Assembly: GCF_036365525.1 (NCBI RefSeq)
Contig: NC_090403.1
Coordinates: forward strand, 26,297,461 to 26,361,460
Length of the DNA stretch: 64,000 nt
Direction of reading: 5' to 3'
From: Heterodontus francisci
Lineage: Eukaryota
A program made the position numbers and the translations under genes. Below are positions 39,262-53,287 of this stretch, piece after piece. The notes below the pieces were generated by a model, which was not told the DNA's origin, searched no databases, and saw nothing but the letters and a program-made list of their open reading frames with translations. Each line of letters starts with the position of its first letter. Within the stretch, counting starts at the first letter, position 1.

Positions 39262-40333
39262 CGATTCCAAAGGGAATGTCACAAAATCAATCTCATCTGA
39301 AACTGTGATCAAAAACTTCCGTCCGGGTGGATGTGGGACTGAGATCCCACGAGCACCAGCTTTAGACGGGAGAAAAACTGCAATTTAGAATAATGCTGAT
39401 GGTAACAGGATAATGGTGAATAAAACTGTAGGAATTGTTAATAGTTTCGAATGGAGGCGGAAGGAGGGTTCGGGAATTTAAGGAGGAATGTTTAAAACAC
39501 TGGTGGGTAACATAAAAGGAAGTAGCAAGGACTCTTAGCAGCACGTCCATTATAATCTTATTCTGTACCTTTCTCATTCTGCATAATTGGACTTCCTAAT
39601 GTCAACATCTTGTCACCCCATTGGGGTAGAGATTCCGCTTTGTCGGAATTCATGGGGAGAGCAAATAGATGGGTTTATCCCCAATTTTGCCTCATTGCGC
39701 TCCGAACGAAATTGTATGTTTTGAGATCTTGTTCTCGAGTTTCCGCTCAAATTCGTTTGCCAATCCCCAAACGCAAAATCTGCCATGAGCCAACAAATCG
39801 GTCAGGGATTTCAAATGTAGTTTTAATAAAACTGCCTTAAAATGTTCGATTAGATATTTAAGAGTGGAAACAGTTGCAGTTTGATTCATACAGCAGAAAA
39901 TGGATTTATCACAAAAAGTAAACATTTTAAATGACACTATCAATCCTGCACCTGTGAGATTTTAAATAACTGAAATTGGCATTTTAAAATATATAGGCCC
40001 ATTTGTTAGTTTTATTTGGGTGCAATAGTCATTTTCTTCGTAAAGTAAACTTGCCGAATCTTGTCCTTATTGCCCAAATGAAGCACTTTAAGATTTGGAT
40101 CCTCCGGAGAGGCCTGCAATTACAATGGTGATTAATTTATCCTGGCAATAAAGCCACTATTTTGGCACAACCAGCTTCCAGTGCAATCTTTTTTGTGAAC
40201 TGGCGTTGAGAGTGGAAACTCAATTTGCCCTGGACGTAATTTGCAGGTAACAGCGGGCAATCTTTCACGATTATTTCACTGACTTTGGGTGAGTTGCACT
40301 GAGAAAACCAGGACAAATAGTCATGTGGTAAGT

Positions 40334-41496
40334 ACAGAACTTGTGAACTGCTGAAAATAGAGACATATTGTGGAAGCTTTTGGTCTTGCACTCATCAGGA
40401 CAACAGGCAAGAATAACCAATGTAAGGGGAAACAACAACTTATTCTGTTTGAGAACAGAGTGCTGATTGGTTGGTAAGTGAAATCTGATTGGTGGAGGCT
40501 TTGCCACGGAGCATGCACCAGTTTATGGTGACTGACAGTTCACTGTCAAGCTTTGTTTGAAATTTAAACCAGGCAGCTTGACTGTGGTTGGTCAAGGCAT
40601 TTCTCTGAGGAATGAACCAGCAAATGGCTGAAACAGCGGCAATGTGTGTACATGTTCATTCTGTGTGCAACCAACAGAACCCTGTGTAATAAGGCATGTA
40701 GCTTCCAGTACACACAAATGCGCCACACTGTGAGCCCGACTGACAATCTTCAATTAGTTGTCAGTGTAATTCTTAGCATACTGCGGATTATTTAGCAAAT
40801 GTTGTCCAATTGCAGAATCACATCTAATGTTGGACTCTGTGTTCTGAGTTTTGCAACCAAGGGCTGGTTGGTTACGTCCTGTCCGTTGCCTGCTGCAAAC
40901 AGTGGAAGGGACATGTTGTTTGATACAATTCACCAGTCTTTGGGATGTACAGCCTAAATACTAAGCATCACACTGGCATTGAAATTCATACATCACACAA
41001 CTCACTTGTGCGATAGGCAGGATGATGTTTGCCTTGACAGCAGCATCAGGTTAGTGGTGAACACCATGCGTGTTGCTACTGCATAGCGAACTTTACCTGT
41101 TGATCAATGTTTTGGGATACATTACCTCCAGGGTAATTTGAGGTAGACTGGGCATTTCTCATGGCCACAAATGATGGCCTTACGCACGTTTCTATGTTTC
41201 CGTGATTTCCAGTGAGAAATGATCTGATTAGGGTCACCAATGTCACACAGGATTTCATTGATTCACCCTATTTCAGCATCAAGCTTGCATGGTGAGCAAA
41301 TGGCTCGGGCCCAATTTACGAGGTTGACCATGAAGTCAATCTTATAGCGCGTGGAACTGTAGGAATCCCAATGCGTGTATTGAACAATGAAGTATAAGAT
41401 GTTGTTTTCCCTTACATTGGTTATTCCTGCGTGTTGTCCTGATGAGTGCAAAATGAAAAGCTTCGACAACATATCTCTATTTTAAGCAATTCTCAA
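40334..41496 (-). mobile_element. Penelope-like retroelement remnant with inverted terminal repeats
   Basis: Near-identical to 14200-15363. Confidence 0.83.
41432..41471 (+). ncRNA. Minimal type I hammerhead ribozyme motif
   Basis: Identical to 455-494. Confidence 0.8.
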
Positions 41497-43570
41497 AAAC
41501 TAGGACAAGCGAGCGGAAAGTCCTCTTTGCTTTTTGTTAATTCTAAATTCCTATCCACCATTTATTTTGAGACTTGCATTATAAAATTGATGGTCTGAGT
41601 GCATAAAGGAAGCCACTTCAGATGAAAAGAGGTAGAGATTATGATGTTATTTCGTGGGTGGGAGACAGAGGAATGAATAGAGGTTCTATGGAATGTTCGG
41701 GATGCAAAGTGGCAATAAACTGAACCATTTGGTCGCTGCGTAAAAGATAATGGGAGATTGACTAACAATTTAGGTGAAGCTGTTTGTCAGCATTTATCAT
41801 TGTAAATTGCTATGTCAGCATTTGAAATCCAATTTTGACATGGCAACTGCCAAACTGCCATGATATAATTGCAGCCTTTGGTCATAAGGTTGCTCTTTCC
41901 ATATCTTCCTATTATTCCATTGGAGAGAATAGTGCAAATTAATGGGAGGATTTGCAGGATGGTTAACAGTCTGACAAATGGCGTCTTGAGCATTCCTTCC
42001 ATGGCCATAAACATACCAATTGACAGATTGATCAGTCCAAGACAACAGGAGTGTATTATAGGCTCCCATAAACCATGCGGAGTATGGGGAATCTATTGGG
42101 TACATGTGCCCACGTGGATGTCAACCCAGAATTCAGAACCAGAATTTGGATCCTCCGTTGAGACACTCTGGGACATCCCATCCTCTGACCCGAGGCAGTA
42201 ATCATAATACTAAGCCAAAGGTTCACTCTAGGCCCTGGCGTGATCCTGTGGAATAAGTCTCTGAAGTTTTCCAACATGCAGAGAAAAAATGTATATTGAT
42301 TAATTGACTGTGGACAAAGCCAGGGGAAATGTATTAATAAGAACTAACAGGACAGTCAGTGAAGGGCTGTGTGCACTTGTGGATGAATGAAGACTTGTGT
42401 TTGAACAAATGGTAGAAATATTGAGATGAATACACAAAAGCAAGGATGAAGTGCATATCAGTGGACCAAAGGGAAGGGAGGATAAAAACAAGTAAGTGTG
42501 ACTGACAGTAGAAAATACACCAGGTCCAGATCATATGCAGTCTAAGAAACTATGAAATAAGGTCAATGAGAGAAAGAACAAATCATAATTTTCCTATCAA
42601 CTTCAGAAACAAGTATTGTGCCAAAGGATTGCAGGGTGGCAAGATATTAGACTTAATTCAGCTGTATGTAACTCTATGGAGTCCATAGTATGGGGTGAAA
42701 TAATTGAGAAGTCGGAGAAGCATGAGGGACAGTCAACACGAATCTGTAAATAATAACAATGAGAAAAGAGTGGAAAATCAGGAAAATTGGGTTTGAAATG
42801 GATTGACAGCTTTGAGCAGTGAGGGAAAATCAGACAGCAGAGAGAGGAGACTTGAGCAGAGATTGTATCAGTAATAGACAGCAAGGAGGAAAATCCAGAG
42901 CATTTATAGTGAGTATGGAAAACTGATCAACACAAATGAGAAATAGATATTATTCTTGTAATTGTGAATTATTGAAAACAATTTATTTACACCAACATAT
43001 GTTCATTCAGTATAAAAGATTTCCAGTTTACAAAAACATTGTCTATCCCACAACTCTTAATAAATATCAATAAGTTAATTTTTAAACTCACTTTACACAT
43101 TGTATAACACTGTAACATTTCATGCTGTGAACAAATCACAACAATAAATATCAATGAATTAGGATGAATTGAGATGGATTGTAGTTTGGGCTCTTTGGAG
43201 AGCAGAATTGTAAAGGTCAGTGTGACTCAGAGTTCATTGATCTGCAAACCTACACCCTTGAAAGCCCAATAGTGCATTCAAAACCAGACTCCCCATAATG
43301 AGCCCTTTAGCATTTCATCACAGGAAATTATCACAGCAATAAATATCAATAAATTAAAATAAATAATTAAATATGAAACAATATTAAGCCAGTCACTGTT
43401 CTCTATCGGTCATTTTGCTGCCAATGGCATCATTACAGCAATCCAATTAAATTAAAATATTAAATAAAATAAATACTGTTAAATAAAATATATGTAGTTA
43501 TACATTTAAGGCATTTAAAATAAATATTTATTTTTTCCAGTCTGTACTGAAACATGTCTTTGGAAAGTCT

Positions 43571-46500
43571 TCAGTTTCTTCTTCTGATTTTTGCTGTTAT
43601 AACAAGGATCTGTTGTAAACAGGCTCTGGTCTCAGTGCGGATTATTTCCCAGGCACAGTCACTGAATATCTGAAGGAAGGAAATATTCGGGAAAATCCAT
43701 TAGAGAATCAATAGATTTAAATGGGGTGAAATGAACTACATGCTAGTAATTACACAGAAAATACCAATTGTCCCACCTTCTGTTTGAGAAACTTTTCCAG
43801 TTTCCTGAAGTATTTGTGAATGGCAGTGTTGCTCCTGGGCTTGGACTCTGATCTCAATTTCCAGACACATTCTTCCATCTCTCCGAGTTGCCGATCGAGG
43901 AGAAGACGAAAGTTTTCCACCTTGTCTCGGGGCCATGTGACTGAACCCAGGTTCATGCTGTAGATCTTGTTGATGTGACGCAGGGTTTGATGGACAATCT
44001 GGATGCTGTCCTGGGCCTGTGCACAATAGACACAATAACATTAGAGGGGGTCTTATACCTTTTCGGTTTAAAGTAGTTATGGAAAGGAACAAGGAATAGG
44101 TCAACAGTAAATAAGCAACGGGAGGCTTTAATAGTGAAGACATCTTGGATACAGACTGGTCTCATTCCTCTGAAGCAGAAAGTAAGGACATGCAAAATTC
44201 GAGCACCGTGGATAGAGAGCTCAAATAGATAGTGAAAAGGAAGGCTTCTCATAAATATTAGGCTCATAATAACGTGGGGAACGAAGCTGAATATAAACAG
44301 TGCAGAGAAGAACTATCAAAGAAATGAGGGGCAGAGTGCATAAAAAATGGACTAGCTGCAAACAAAAAAGGGAAGCTACAAATCTTTTACAAGCATGTAA
44401 AGGGAAAGAAGGGGTAGTAATTAGTGGCCGGAAAAGCAATTTTCTTCTGGAGCAGGGGGTACAGCTGAGGATCTAAATGATTAATTTGCACGTGTCTTCA
44501 CTAAATAGGATGGTTCGAATATCACAGTGAAGATGGGTGTTTGGCAGAGGTGGAGGTAGAAGAAAAATTGGATAGGGTGAAAATAGATACAGAGGAGGTA
44601 GTTAAAAGATTGGTGGCACTCTACGTAGGAAAGTCACGCAGTCTGGATAGAATATGTCGCAGGTTGCTGAGGAAAGTAAGTGCTGAAATAATGGAAGTTC
44701 TGGCCACAATTTTCCAGTCCTCCTCAGATGTGAGAGTGATGCCAAAGGACTGGAAGTTTTCTGCCTGTTCAAAAAAGAAAGAGGGTAAACTTGACAACCA
44801 CAGGCCAGTTCGCCCTTCATGGGTGGCGGGAAGTTTGTCGACAGTATTTTTCCAAGGTAAAAGGAATTGTCACTTACCAAAATATGACTTAGTAAATGTC
44901 AACCAGTAAAAATTTGTTAAGGTAAAATCATGATGCCTAACTTGATTGAGTTATTCGATCAAGTAGCAGAAAGGATTGCTGAGGGAGGTGTGGTGATTGT
45001 TGTGTATGTAGATCTTCAAAATATCTGTATACGGATTTGCTGAATTGATGGTGAAAAAATTCAATAATAGGTTTGAAAGGGAAATTGAGTAAATAGTTGA
45101 AGAGGAAAGGTTTGCATGGCTATGGGAAATAGTGAGGGGAGTGGGAATAATTGGATAATTCATTCAAAGAGCCTGCACAAGCATGATGAGCCACATGGCC
45201 TCTTCTGTACCATTCAATGATTCGATGACTTAACCTGCCCTGATGGTGCAAACCACACAGCCAATCACTGTAGCTCAGGAGTGAGATGGTTAGAGGGAGG
45301 CAGATTGTTACATTGTGTAAGATGAATGGGTGAGTTTAGATAATTAGAGGAAGTGAGATGATGAGAAGCAAGGTAATTTGACAAGATTCATGGTTAACAT
45401 AGATGGAGGGTGTGAAATGGTTAAAAGAATGATTAGGGGACACTGGTGTACTGATAATGTTACTTGAATACTAATTCAGACGCCAGGAAAAAGCTCTGGG
45501 GACATGAGTCCAAATCCCACCAGAGTGGCTGGTGGAAATTAAATATAATTATTAAATCTGCAGTTAAAAGCTAGTCTCATTTATGGTTACCATGAAACTA
45601 TTGGATTGTCAATAAAAACACATCTATTTCATCAATGCCAAATCTACTGTCCTTACCTGGTCTGGCCTATATGTGACTCCAGACCCGACTCTGAAAGGGC
45701 CTAGCAAGCCATTCAGTTGTATCAAACCACTGTAGAAAAGTTGAATAAGAATAAAACTGGACAGATTGACCACAGCACCAGAAATGACAATGGCAGACTC
45801 TGACCAGTCAACCCTACAAAATCCTCCTTACTACTTATCTGGGGACCTGTGCCAAAATAAAGAGAACTGTCCCACAGACTGCACAGGTTTGCCTGGCAGA
45901 TTCATACTCACTGAATCATGCCATAGAGCCATTGTCCCAGACTACTCCATCATCATCGAAATGGGACAAGATACAGCCAGCAGAGTTAGTTGCACAGTAT
46001 TAAACAGTGGGGAGGGAGTGTCCTCAACATTGATGCCAGACCCCATGAATTCTTACACCATCAGGCCAAACATGGGCAAGGAAATCACCTGCTGATTACC
46101 ACCTAAAACCTCCCTCAGACAATCAAACTTGCTCTGCCACACAATAAGATCATGGCTGATCCGATTGTGACATTAACTCCACTTTCCTCCCTTAACCAGC
46201 ACCACCCCCATATCTCTTGACTCCCTTGTAGATCAAAAATCTGTCTAACTCAGCCTTGAATATGTTCGGTGAATCACCCACCACTGCTCTCTGGGGAAGA
46301 GAATTCCAAATATTAAAGACCCTCTGAGAGAAGAAAGACCTCCTCGTTTCCATCTTAAAAAGAGACTCCTTATTTTAAAATTGTGCCCCCTCGTCTATCT
46401 CATGAAGAAAAACATCCTATCAGCATCTACGCTGTCAAGCCCCCTCAGAATATTATATGTTTCAATAAGATCACCTCTCATTCTTCTAAACTCCAATGAG

Positions 46501-49500
46501 TATAGACCCAACCTCCTCAACCTTTCCTCATAAGACAACCCTTTCATCCTCGGAAACAGCCCAGAGAGCATTTGCTGAACTGCTTCCAATGCATGTATAT
46601 CCCTCAGATGATGAATCAGCACTCCTTCATGTTTAACACCACTTTGAGGAAGCAGTGTGGGTCGTAATGGCACAGAATGTACTCTTGGTGGAGAACCTCA
46701 ATGCCCATCACCAAGAGTGGCTCAGTAGCAGCACTACTCACCGAGCTGGTCCAGTCCTGATGGATGTAACATCCAGACTGGGCCTGCAGCAAGTGGTGAT
46801 GATCCAGGAAAAAGGAAGTTTGCCTGACATCATCCTCACCAAGCGACCTGTTGCAGATGCATCTGTCCATGACAGTATTGGTAGGAGTGAGTACCACATA
46901 GTCCTTATGGAGGTGATGTCCTGTCTTCACTCTGAGGATACTGTCCATTGTGTGCAATGGCACTACCACGGTGCTAAATGGGATACATTCAGGACAGATC
47001 TAGCAGCTGAAAACTGGGCATCCATGAGGCACTGTGAGCCATCAGCAGCAGCAGAATTGTATTCAATCACACTCTGTAACTGCATGGCCTGACATATCCC
47101 TCACTCGACCATCACCATCAAGCCAGAGGATCAGACCTGGTTCAATGAGGAGTTTAAGAGAGCAAGCCAGGAGCAGCACCAGGGATACCTAAAAATGAGA
47201 TATCAACCTGGTGAAGCTACCACACAGGACAACATGCATGTTAAACAGCGGAAGCAGCATGCCATAGAGCTAAGAGATCCCACACCAATGGATCAGATCA
47301 AAGCTCTGCAGCCCTGCCACATCACGTTGTGTATGGTGGTGGACAATTAAACAACTAACAGGGGGAAAAGGCTCCACAAACATCCCCAGTGTCAATGTTG
47401 GGGGAGCCCAGAACATTAGTGCAGAAGACAAGGCTAAAGTATTTGCATCCATCTTGGCCTCCTCGTGAGGTCCCCAGCATCATAGATGCAAATCTTCAAC
47501 CAATTCAATTCACTCCACGTGATTTCAAGAAATGGCTGAAGGGACAGGATACAGCAAAGGCTATAGGGCCTGACAACATCCTGGCAGTAGAATTGAAGAC
47601 TTGTTCTCCAGAATAAGCTGCACCCTTAGCCAAGCTTTTCCAGTACAGCTACAACATTGCGATCTACCCAACAAAGCAGAAAATTGCCCAGGTGTGTCAT
47701 GTGCACAAAAGACAGTACAAATCCAATCTGGCCAATTTCCATCCCATCAGTCTGCTCTCGATCATCAGCAAAGTGCTGGAGGGTGTGGTCAACAGTTCTA
47801 TCAAGTGGCACTTACACAGCAATAACCTGTTCACTGATGCACAGTTGGGGTTCCAACAGGGCTATCCAGCTCCAGGCCTCATAATAGCCTTGGTCCAAAC
47901 ATGGACAAAAGGGCTGAATTCAAGTGGTAAGATGAGTGACTGACTTGACATCAAGGCAGCATTTGACTGAGTGTGGCATCAAAGAGCCCTAGCAAAATTG
48001 AAGTCAATGGGAATCAGGGGGTAAACTCTTCATTGATTGGAGTCATACCTAGAACAAATGAAGATGATTGTGGTTGTTGACAGCCAAACATCGAAGCCCC
48101 AGGACATCGCTGCAGGAGTTTCACAGGTTAATGTCCCAGACCTAACCATCTTCAGCCGCTTCATCAATGACTTTCCCACCATCAGAAGCTCAGAAGTGGG
48201 AATGTTCACTGATGACGTTATTCAGTACCAACCGTGACTCCTCAGGTACTCAAGCAGTTCATCTCCACCTGCAGCAAGAGCTGAACAACATTCAGGCTTC
48301 GGCTGATAAGTGACAAGTAACATTCATGACCACAAGTGCCAAGCAATGACCATCTCCAACAAGAGAGAATCTAACCATCTCCACTTGATATTCAACAACA
48401 TTACCATCACTGAATCTCCCACTATCAACATCCTGAGGGTTATCATTGACCAGAAACTTAACAGGACCAGTCATATAAATACTGTGGCAACAAGAGCAGC
48501 TCAGAGGCTGGTAATTCTGCGGGAGTAATTCACCTCCTGACTCCCCAATGCCAGTCCACCACCTACAAGGCACAAGTCAGGAATGTGATGGAATACTCTC
48601 CACTTGCCTGGATGAGTGCAGCTCCAACAACACTCAAGATGCTCGACACCATCCAGGATGAAGCAGCCCAATTTATTGACACCTGATCCAACACCTTCAA
48701 CATTCTCTCCCTCCACCAGCATTGCAGTGTGTAACTTGTACAAGATGCACTGCAGCAAATCACCAACAATTCTTAGACAGCACTTTCCAAAGCTGCAACC
48801 TCTACCACAGCAGCTGCTTGGCAACACTATCACCTGCGTGTTCCCCTCCAAGCTACAAACCATCCTGACTTGGGAGTATATCGCCGTTCCTCCACTGTTA
48901 GAATTAAGGAGAAAGTAAGTGCTGTCATTGTGAGTGATGTAGTTAGTGAGTGAATGACTGAGTAGTTCTGCTGTCATTCTCACACCAATGGGCGGAAAAC
49001 ACTGGATTTAAATTTCCTGGTGTTGAAATTTCTGATCAGGTTGATGATCTTACTCATACTCTCAATAAAACTCCAGTTCGAATAAAATAAACCCAGTGTT
49101 CACTCACCTCGAATCCCTTCGAAAGTTTCATCAGGTTCAAGGGCTTGGTTTTCAGCGAGAGCCTCTGTTTTACACACTGTCGAGGAAAGGGACCGCCCTG
49201 AGAGGAGATAACAATCACTGTTACAATCAGCCCCAGAAACTGAAATACTACAGAATCACTGACTATTAATTAGCAAAATTATAAACTGCAAACTATTTCT
49301 CCTGATATGGCTTTTCACAACAAACAAACCCTGTGTGGTCCGGTTATGGTTCTGAATGTGTTTTAAACTCACCATTTCATTCAGTTTGCTCAGAGTCTCT
49401 GTGTTGAGAACTTGCTGTAACTGCAACCTCTCACAGCCCAGACTCAGGGTCCCGGGCAACAAGACCAACACCATCCAAAATCTCCAAACACTGGGGAAAG

Positions 49501-49504
49501 CCAT
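43571..49504 (-). CDS. ifn1: Type I interferon, copy 4 (4 exons, 186 aa)
   Basis: Exons 49504-49373, 49197-49108, 44016-43777, 43669-43571; intact. Differs from copy 1 by L3F (signal peptide), H51Q, L121M, K137N. Confidence 0.95.
44154..48899 (+). mobile_element. Intron 2 block of decayed LINEs (nested inverted CR1 at about 46124-46599)
   Basis: Collinear with 6380-11127. Confidence 0.8.
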
Positions 49505-49602
49505 CCCAAGCGACCCAGAGTAAAACACTGATCTGAAGGACGAGTAACCGACGGCTTCGATGTTCAGCGCCAAAACGCTTCTTGTTCACTGACTTAAACT
49601 GT

Positions 49603-50532
49603 GAAAGTGGAATTGCAGCCGATTCTGATCCAGGAGCGACCGTCTGTGTTGCTGAATGGTGTGAGAGTGCGGCTGGATTCTGCTGGGAACTCTCACTGAC
49701 ACTGCCATGCTGTCGGATTTAATGTGTGGCATTACATTCGAAAAGTGAAAATATTCTGCAGGATTTTTGGAGTTTGTGCTATTTCTTTTTGATGTAAGGA
49801 ATCGAAAATCTGGAGAGTCCAGAGCCAGCGACTGGAAAATCCCCGGTAGAAAAACATTGAACCAGCTCTCGATTCCAGTTCAATGTTGTGTGGGTTCAGA
49901 TCACCGGGGCATGAAGGGAGAGTCTGTATTGGGGGGAGTGTGAACATGTATTTTATAATCCGGGTTTAGAGAGACACTGACAGCGGTAATCCGGTGCCGC
50001 GGCTTTTAATGCTGACATTCGGCTCCAGAAAGAGCGATTCCCTTTTAAATCCACTCTCTCCCCGGTGTGCTCACATGGCGCTTTTCCTTTTCACACTTCG
50101 CAGGTTGGACATTGCAGAGACCCCGGGTCACAGCCCAGGATCACCGCTTGATGCCGAATGTCTCCGCTCGGATTCACCTGTCGGAGAATCTGCTCTTTAA
50201 GTGGAAGAAGTTTGTCATTTCTGGGCTCTTTTCTGCGGTCATTTTCAGAGTTTGTTTGAAAGAAAATTTAATCTGCTTCGACTCTGAGTCCCAAAGTGAT
50301 CCCGCTCCCTTTTCTTTCATCATTTCTTTCTTGTCTCCCTCCCGGGAAAGTGTCCGTGTCAGTTTCTCTGTGGAAATGAACCTTGTGTCAATTACATCGA
50401 AAGTGAAAGTGCCTCAGGGAAAGTGACGAGTTTTGTCATTTCCGAAAGGGAGGAGAGTTTGTAAACAGAACGGGTCACACTGAGAGGGCTGAGGGGGAGC
50501 TGCAACAGGGTTTGGGATATCCGGGATATCCC
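49603..50532 (-). promoter_or_regulatory. IFN copy 4 upstream region (IRF-E and kB-like sites; 12-bp deletion beside the TATA-like motif)
   Basis: Same motifs as copy 1. Reads aacatgtattttataatc versus aacatgtattgggggctgtattttataatc in copy 1. Confidence 0.7.
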
Positions 50533-51248
50533 CGATTCCAAAGGGAATGTCACAAAATCAATCTCATCTGAAACTGTGATCAAAAACTTCCGTCCGGGTG
50601 GATGTGGGACTGAGATCCCACGAGCACCAGCTTTAGCCGGGAGAAAAACTGCAATTTAGAATAATGCTGATGGTAACAGGATAATGGTGAATAAAACTGT
50701 AGGAATTGTAAATAGTTTCGAATGGAGGCGGAAGGAGGGTTAGGGAATTTAAGGAGGAATGTTTAAAACACTGGTGTGTAACATAATAGGAAGTAGCAAG
50801 GACTCTTAGCAGCACGTCCATTATAATCTTACTCTGTACCTTTATCATTCTGCATAATTGGACTTCCTAATGTCAACATCTTGTCACCCCATTGGGGTAG
50901 AGATTCCGCATTGTAGGAATTCATGGGGAGAGCAAATAGATGGGTTTATCCCCAATTTTGCCTCATTGCGCTCCGAACGAAATTGGATGTTTTGAGATTT
51001 TGTTCTCGGGTTTCCGCTCAAATTCGTTTGCCAATCCCCAAACGCAAAATCTGCCATGAGCCAACAAATCGGTCAGGGATTTCAAATGTATTTTTAATAA
51101 AACTGCCTTAAAATGTTCGATTAGATATTTAAGAGTGGAAACAGTTGCAGTTTGATTCATACAGCAGAAAATGGATTTATCACAAAAAGTAAGCATTTTA
51201 AATGACACTATCAATCCTGCACCTGTGAGATTTTAAATGACTGAAATT

Positions 51249-51778
51249 AAGAACAAAGAACAAAGAAAATTACAGCACAGGAACAGGCCCTTCGGCCCTC
51301 CAAGCCTACGCCGATCCAAATCCTCTCTCTAAACCTGTCGCCTATTTTCTAAGGGTCTGTATCTCTTTACTTCCTGCCCATTCATGTATCTGTCTAGATA
51401 CATCTTAAAAGACGCTATCGTGCCCGCGTCTACCACCTCCGCTGGCAAAGCGTTCCATGCACCCACCACCCTCTGCGTCAAGAAATTTCCACGCATATCC
51501 CCCCTAAACTTTTCCCCTTTCACTTTGAACTCGTGTGCCCTTGCAATTGAATCCCCCACTCTGGGAAAAAGCTTCTTGCTATCCACTCTGTCTATACCTC
51601 TCATGATTTTGTACACCTCAATCAGGTCCCCCCTCAACCTCTGTCTTTCTAATGAAAATAATCCTAATCTGCTCAACCTCTCTTCATAGCAAGCGCCCTC
51701 CATACCAGGCAACATCCTGGTGAATCTCCTCTGCACCCTCTCCAAAGCATCCACATCCTTTTGGTAATGTGGCGACCA
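51249..51778 (-). mobile_element. 5'-truncated CR1 (530 bp)
   Basis: Same insertion as 24976-25505, with the same AAATT TSD. Confidence 0.95.
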
Positions 51779-52138
51779 AAATTGGCATTTTAAAATATAT
51801 AGGCCCATTTGTTAGTTATATTTGGGTGCAATAGTCATTTTCTTCGTAAAGTAAACTTGCCGAATCTTGTCCTTATTGCCCAAATGAAGCACTTTAAGAT
51901 TTGGATCCTCCGGAGAGGCCTGCAATTACAATGGTGATTAATTTATCCTGGCAATAAAGCCACTATTTTGGCACAACCAGCTTCCAGTGCAATTTTTTTT
52001 CTAAACTAGCGTTGAGAGTGGAAACTCAATTTGCCCTGGACGTAATTTGCAGGTAACAGCGGTCAATCTTTCACAGTTATTTCACTGACTTTGGGTGAGT
52101 TGCACTGAGCAAACCAGGACAAATAGTCATGTGGTAGT

Positions 52139-53287
52139 ACAGAACTTGAGAACTGCTAAAAATAGAGACATATTGTGGAAGCTTTTGTTCTTGCACTCAT
52201 CAGGCCAACAGGCAAGAATAACCAATGTAAGGGGAAACAACAACTTATTCTGTATGAGAACAGAGTGCTGATTGGTTGGCAAGTGAAATCTGATTGGTAG
52301 AGGCTTTGCCATGGAGCATGCACCAGTTTATGGTGACTGACAGTTAACTGTCAAGCTTTGTTTGAAATTTAAACCAGGCAGCTTGACTGTGGTTGGTCAA
52401 GGCATTTCTCTGAGGAATGAACCAGCAAATGGCTGAAACAGCGGCAATGTGTGTACATGTTCATTCTGTGTGCACCGAACAGAAACCTGCGTAATAAGAT
52501 ATGTAGCTTCCAGTACACACAAATGCGCCACACTGTGAGCCCGACTGACAATCTTCAATTAGTTGTCAGTGTAATTCTTAGCACACTGCGGATTATTTAG
52601 CAAATGTTGTCCAATTGCAGAATCACATCTAATGTTGGACATTGTGTTCTGAGCTTTGCAACCTAGGGCTGGTTGGTTACGTCCTGTACGTTGCCTGCTG
52701 CAAACAGTGGAAGGGACAATTCACCAGTCTTTGGGATATACAGCCGAAATACTAAGCATCACACTGGCATTGAAATTCATACATCACACAACTCACTTGT
52801 GTGATAGGCAGGATGATGTTTGCCTTGACAGCAGCATCAGGTTAGTGGTGAACACCATGCGTGTTGCTACTGCATAGCGAACTTTACCTGTTGATCAATG
52901 TTTTGGGATACATTACCTCCAGGGTAATTTGAGGTAGACTGGGCATTTCTCAGGGCCACAAATAATGGCCTTACGTACGTTTCTATGTTTCCGTGATTTC
53001 CAGTGAGAAATGATCTGATCAGGGTCACCAATGTCACACAGGATTTCATTGATTCACCCTATTTCAGCATCAAGCTTGCATGGTGAGCAAATGGCTCGGG
53101 CCCTATTTACGAGGTTGACCATAAAGTCAATCTTATAGCGCGTGGAACTGTCGGAATCCCAATACTTGTATTGAACAATGAAGTATAAGATGTTGTTTTC
53201 CCTTACATTGGTTATTCCTGCGTGTTGTCCTGATGAGTGCAAAATGAAAAGCTTCGACAACATATCTCTATTTTAAGCAATTCTCAA
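52139..53287 (-). mobile_element. Penelope-like retroelement remnant with inverted terminal repeats
   Basis: Near-identical to 25865-27014. Confidence 0.83.
53223..53262 (+). ncRNA. Minimal type I hammerhead ribozyme motif
   Basis: Identical to 455-494. Confidence 0.8.
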
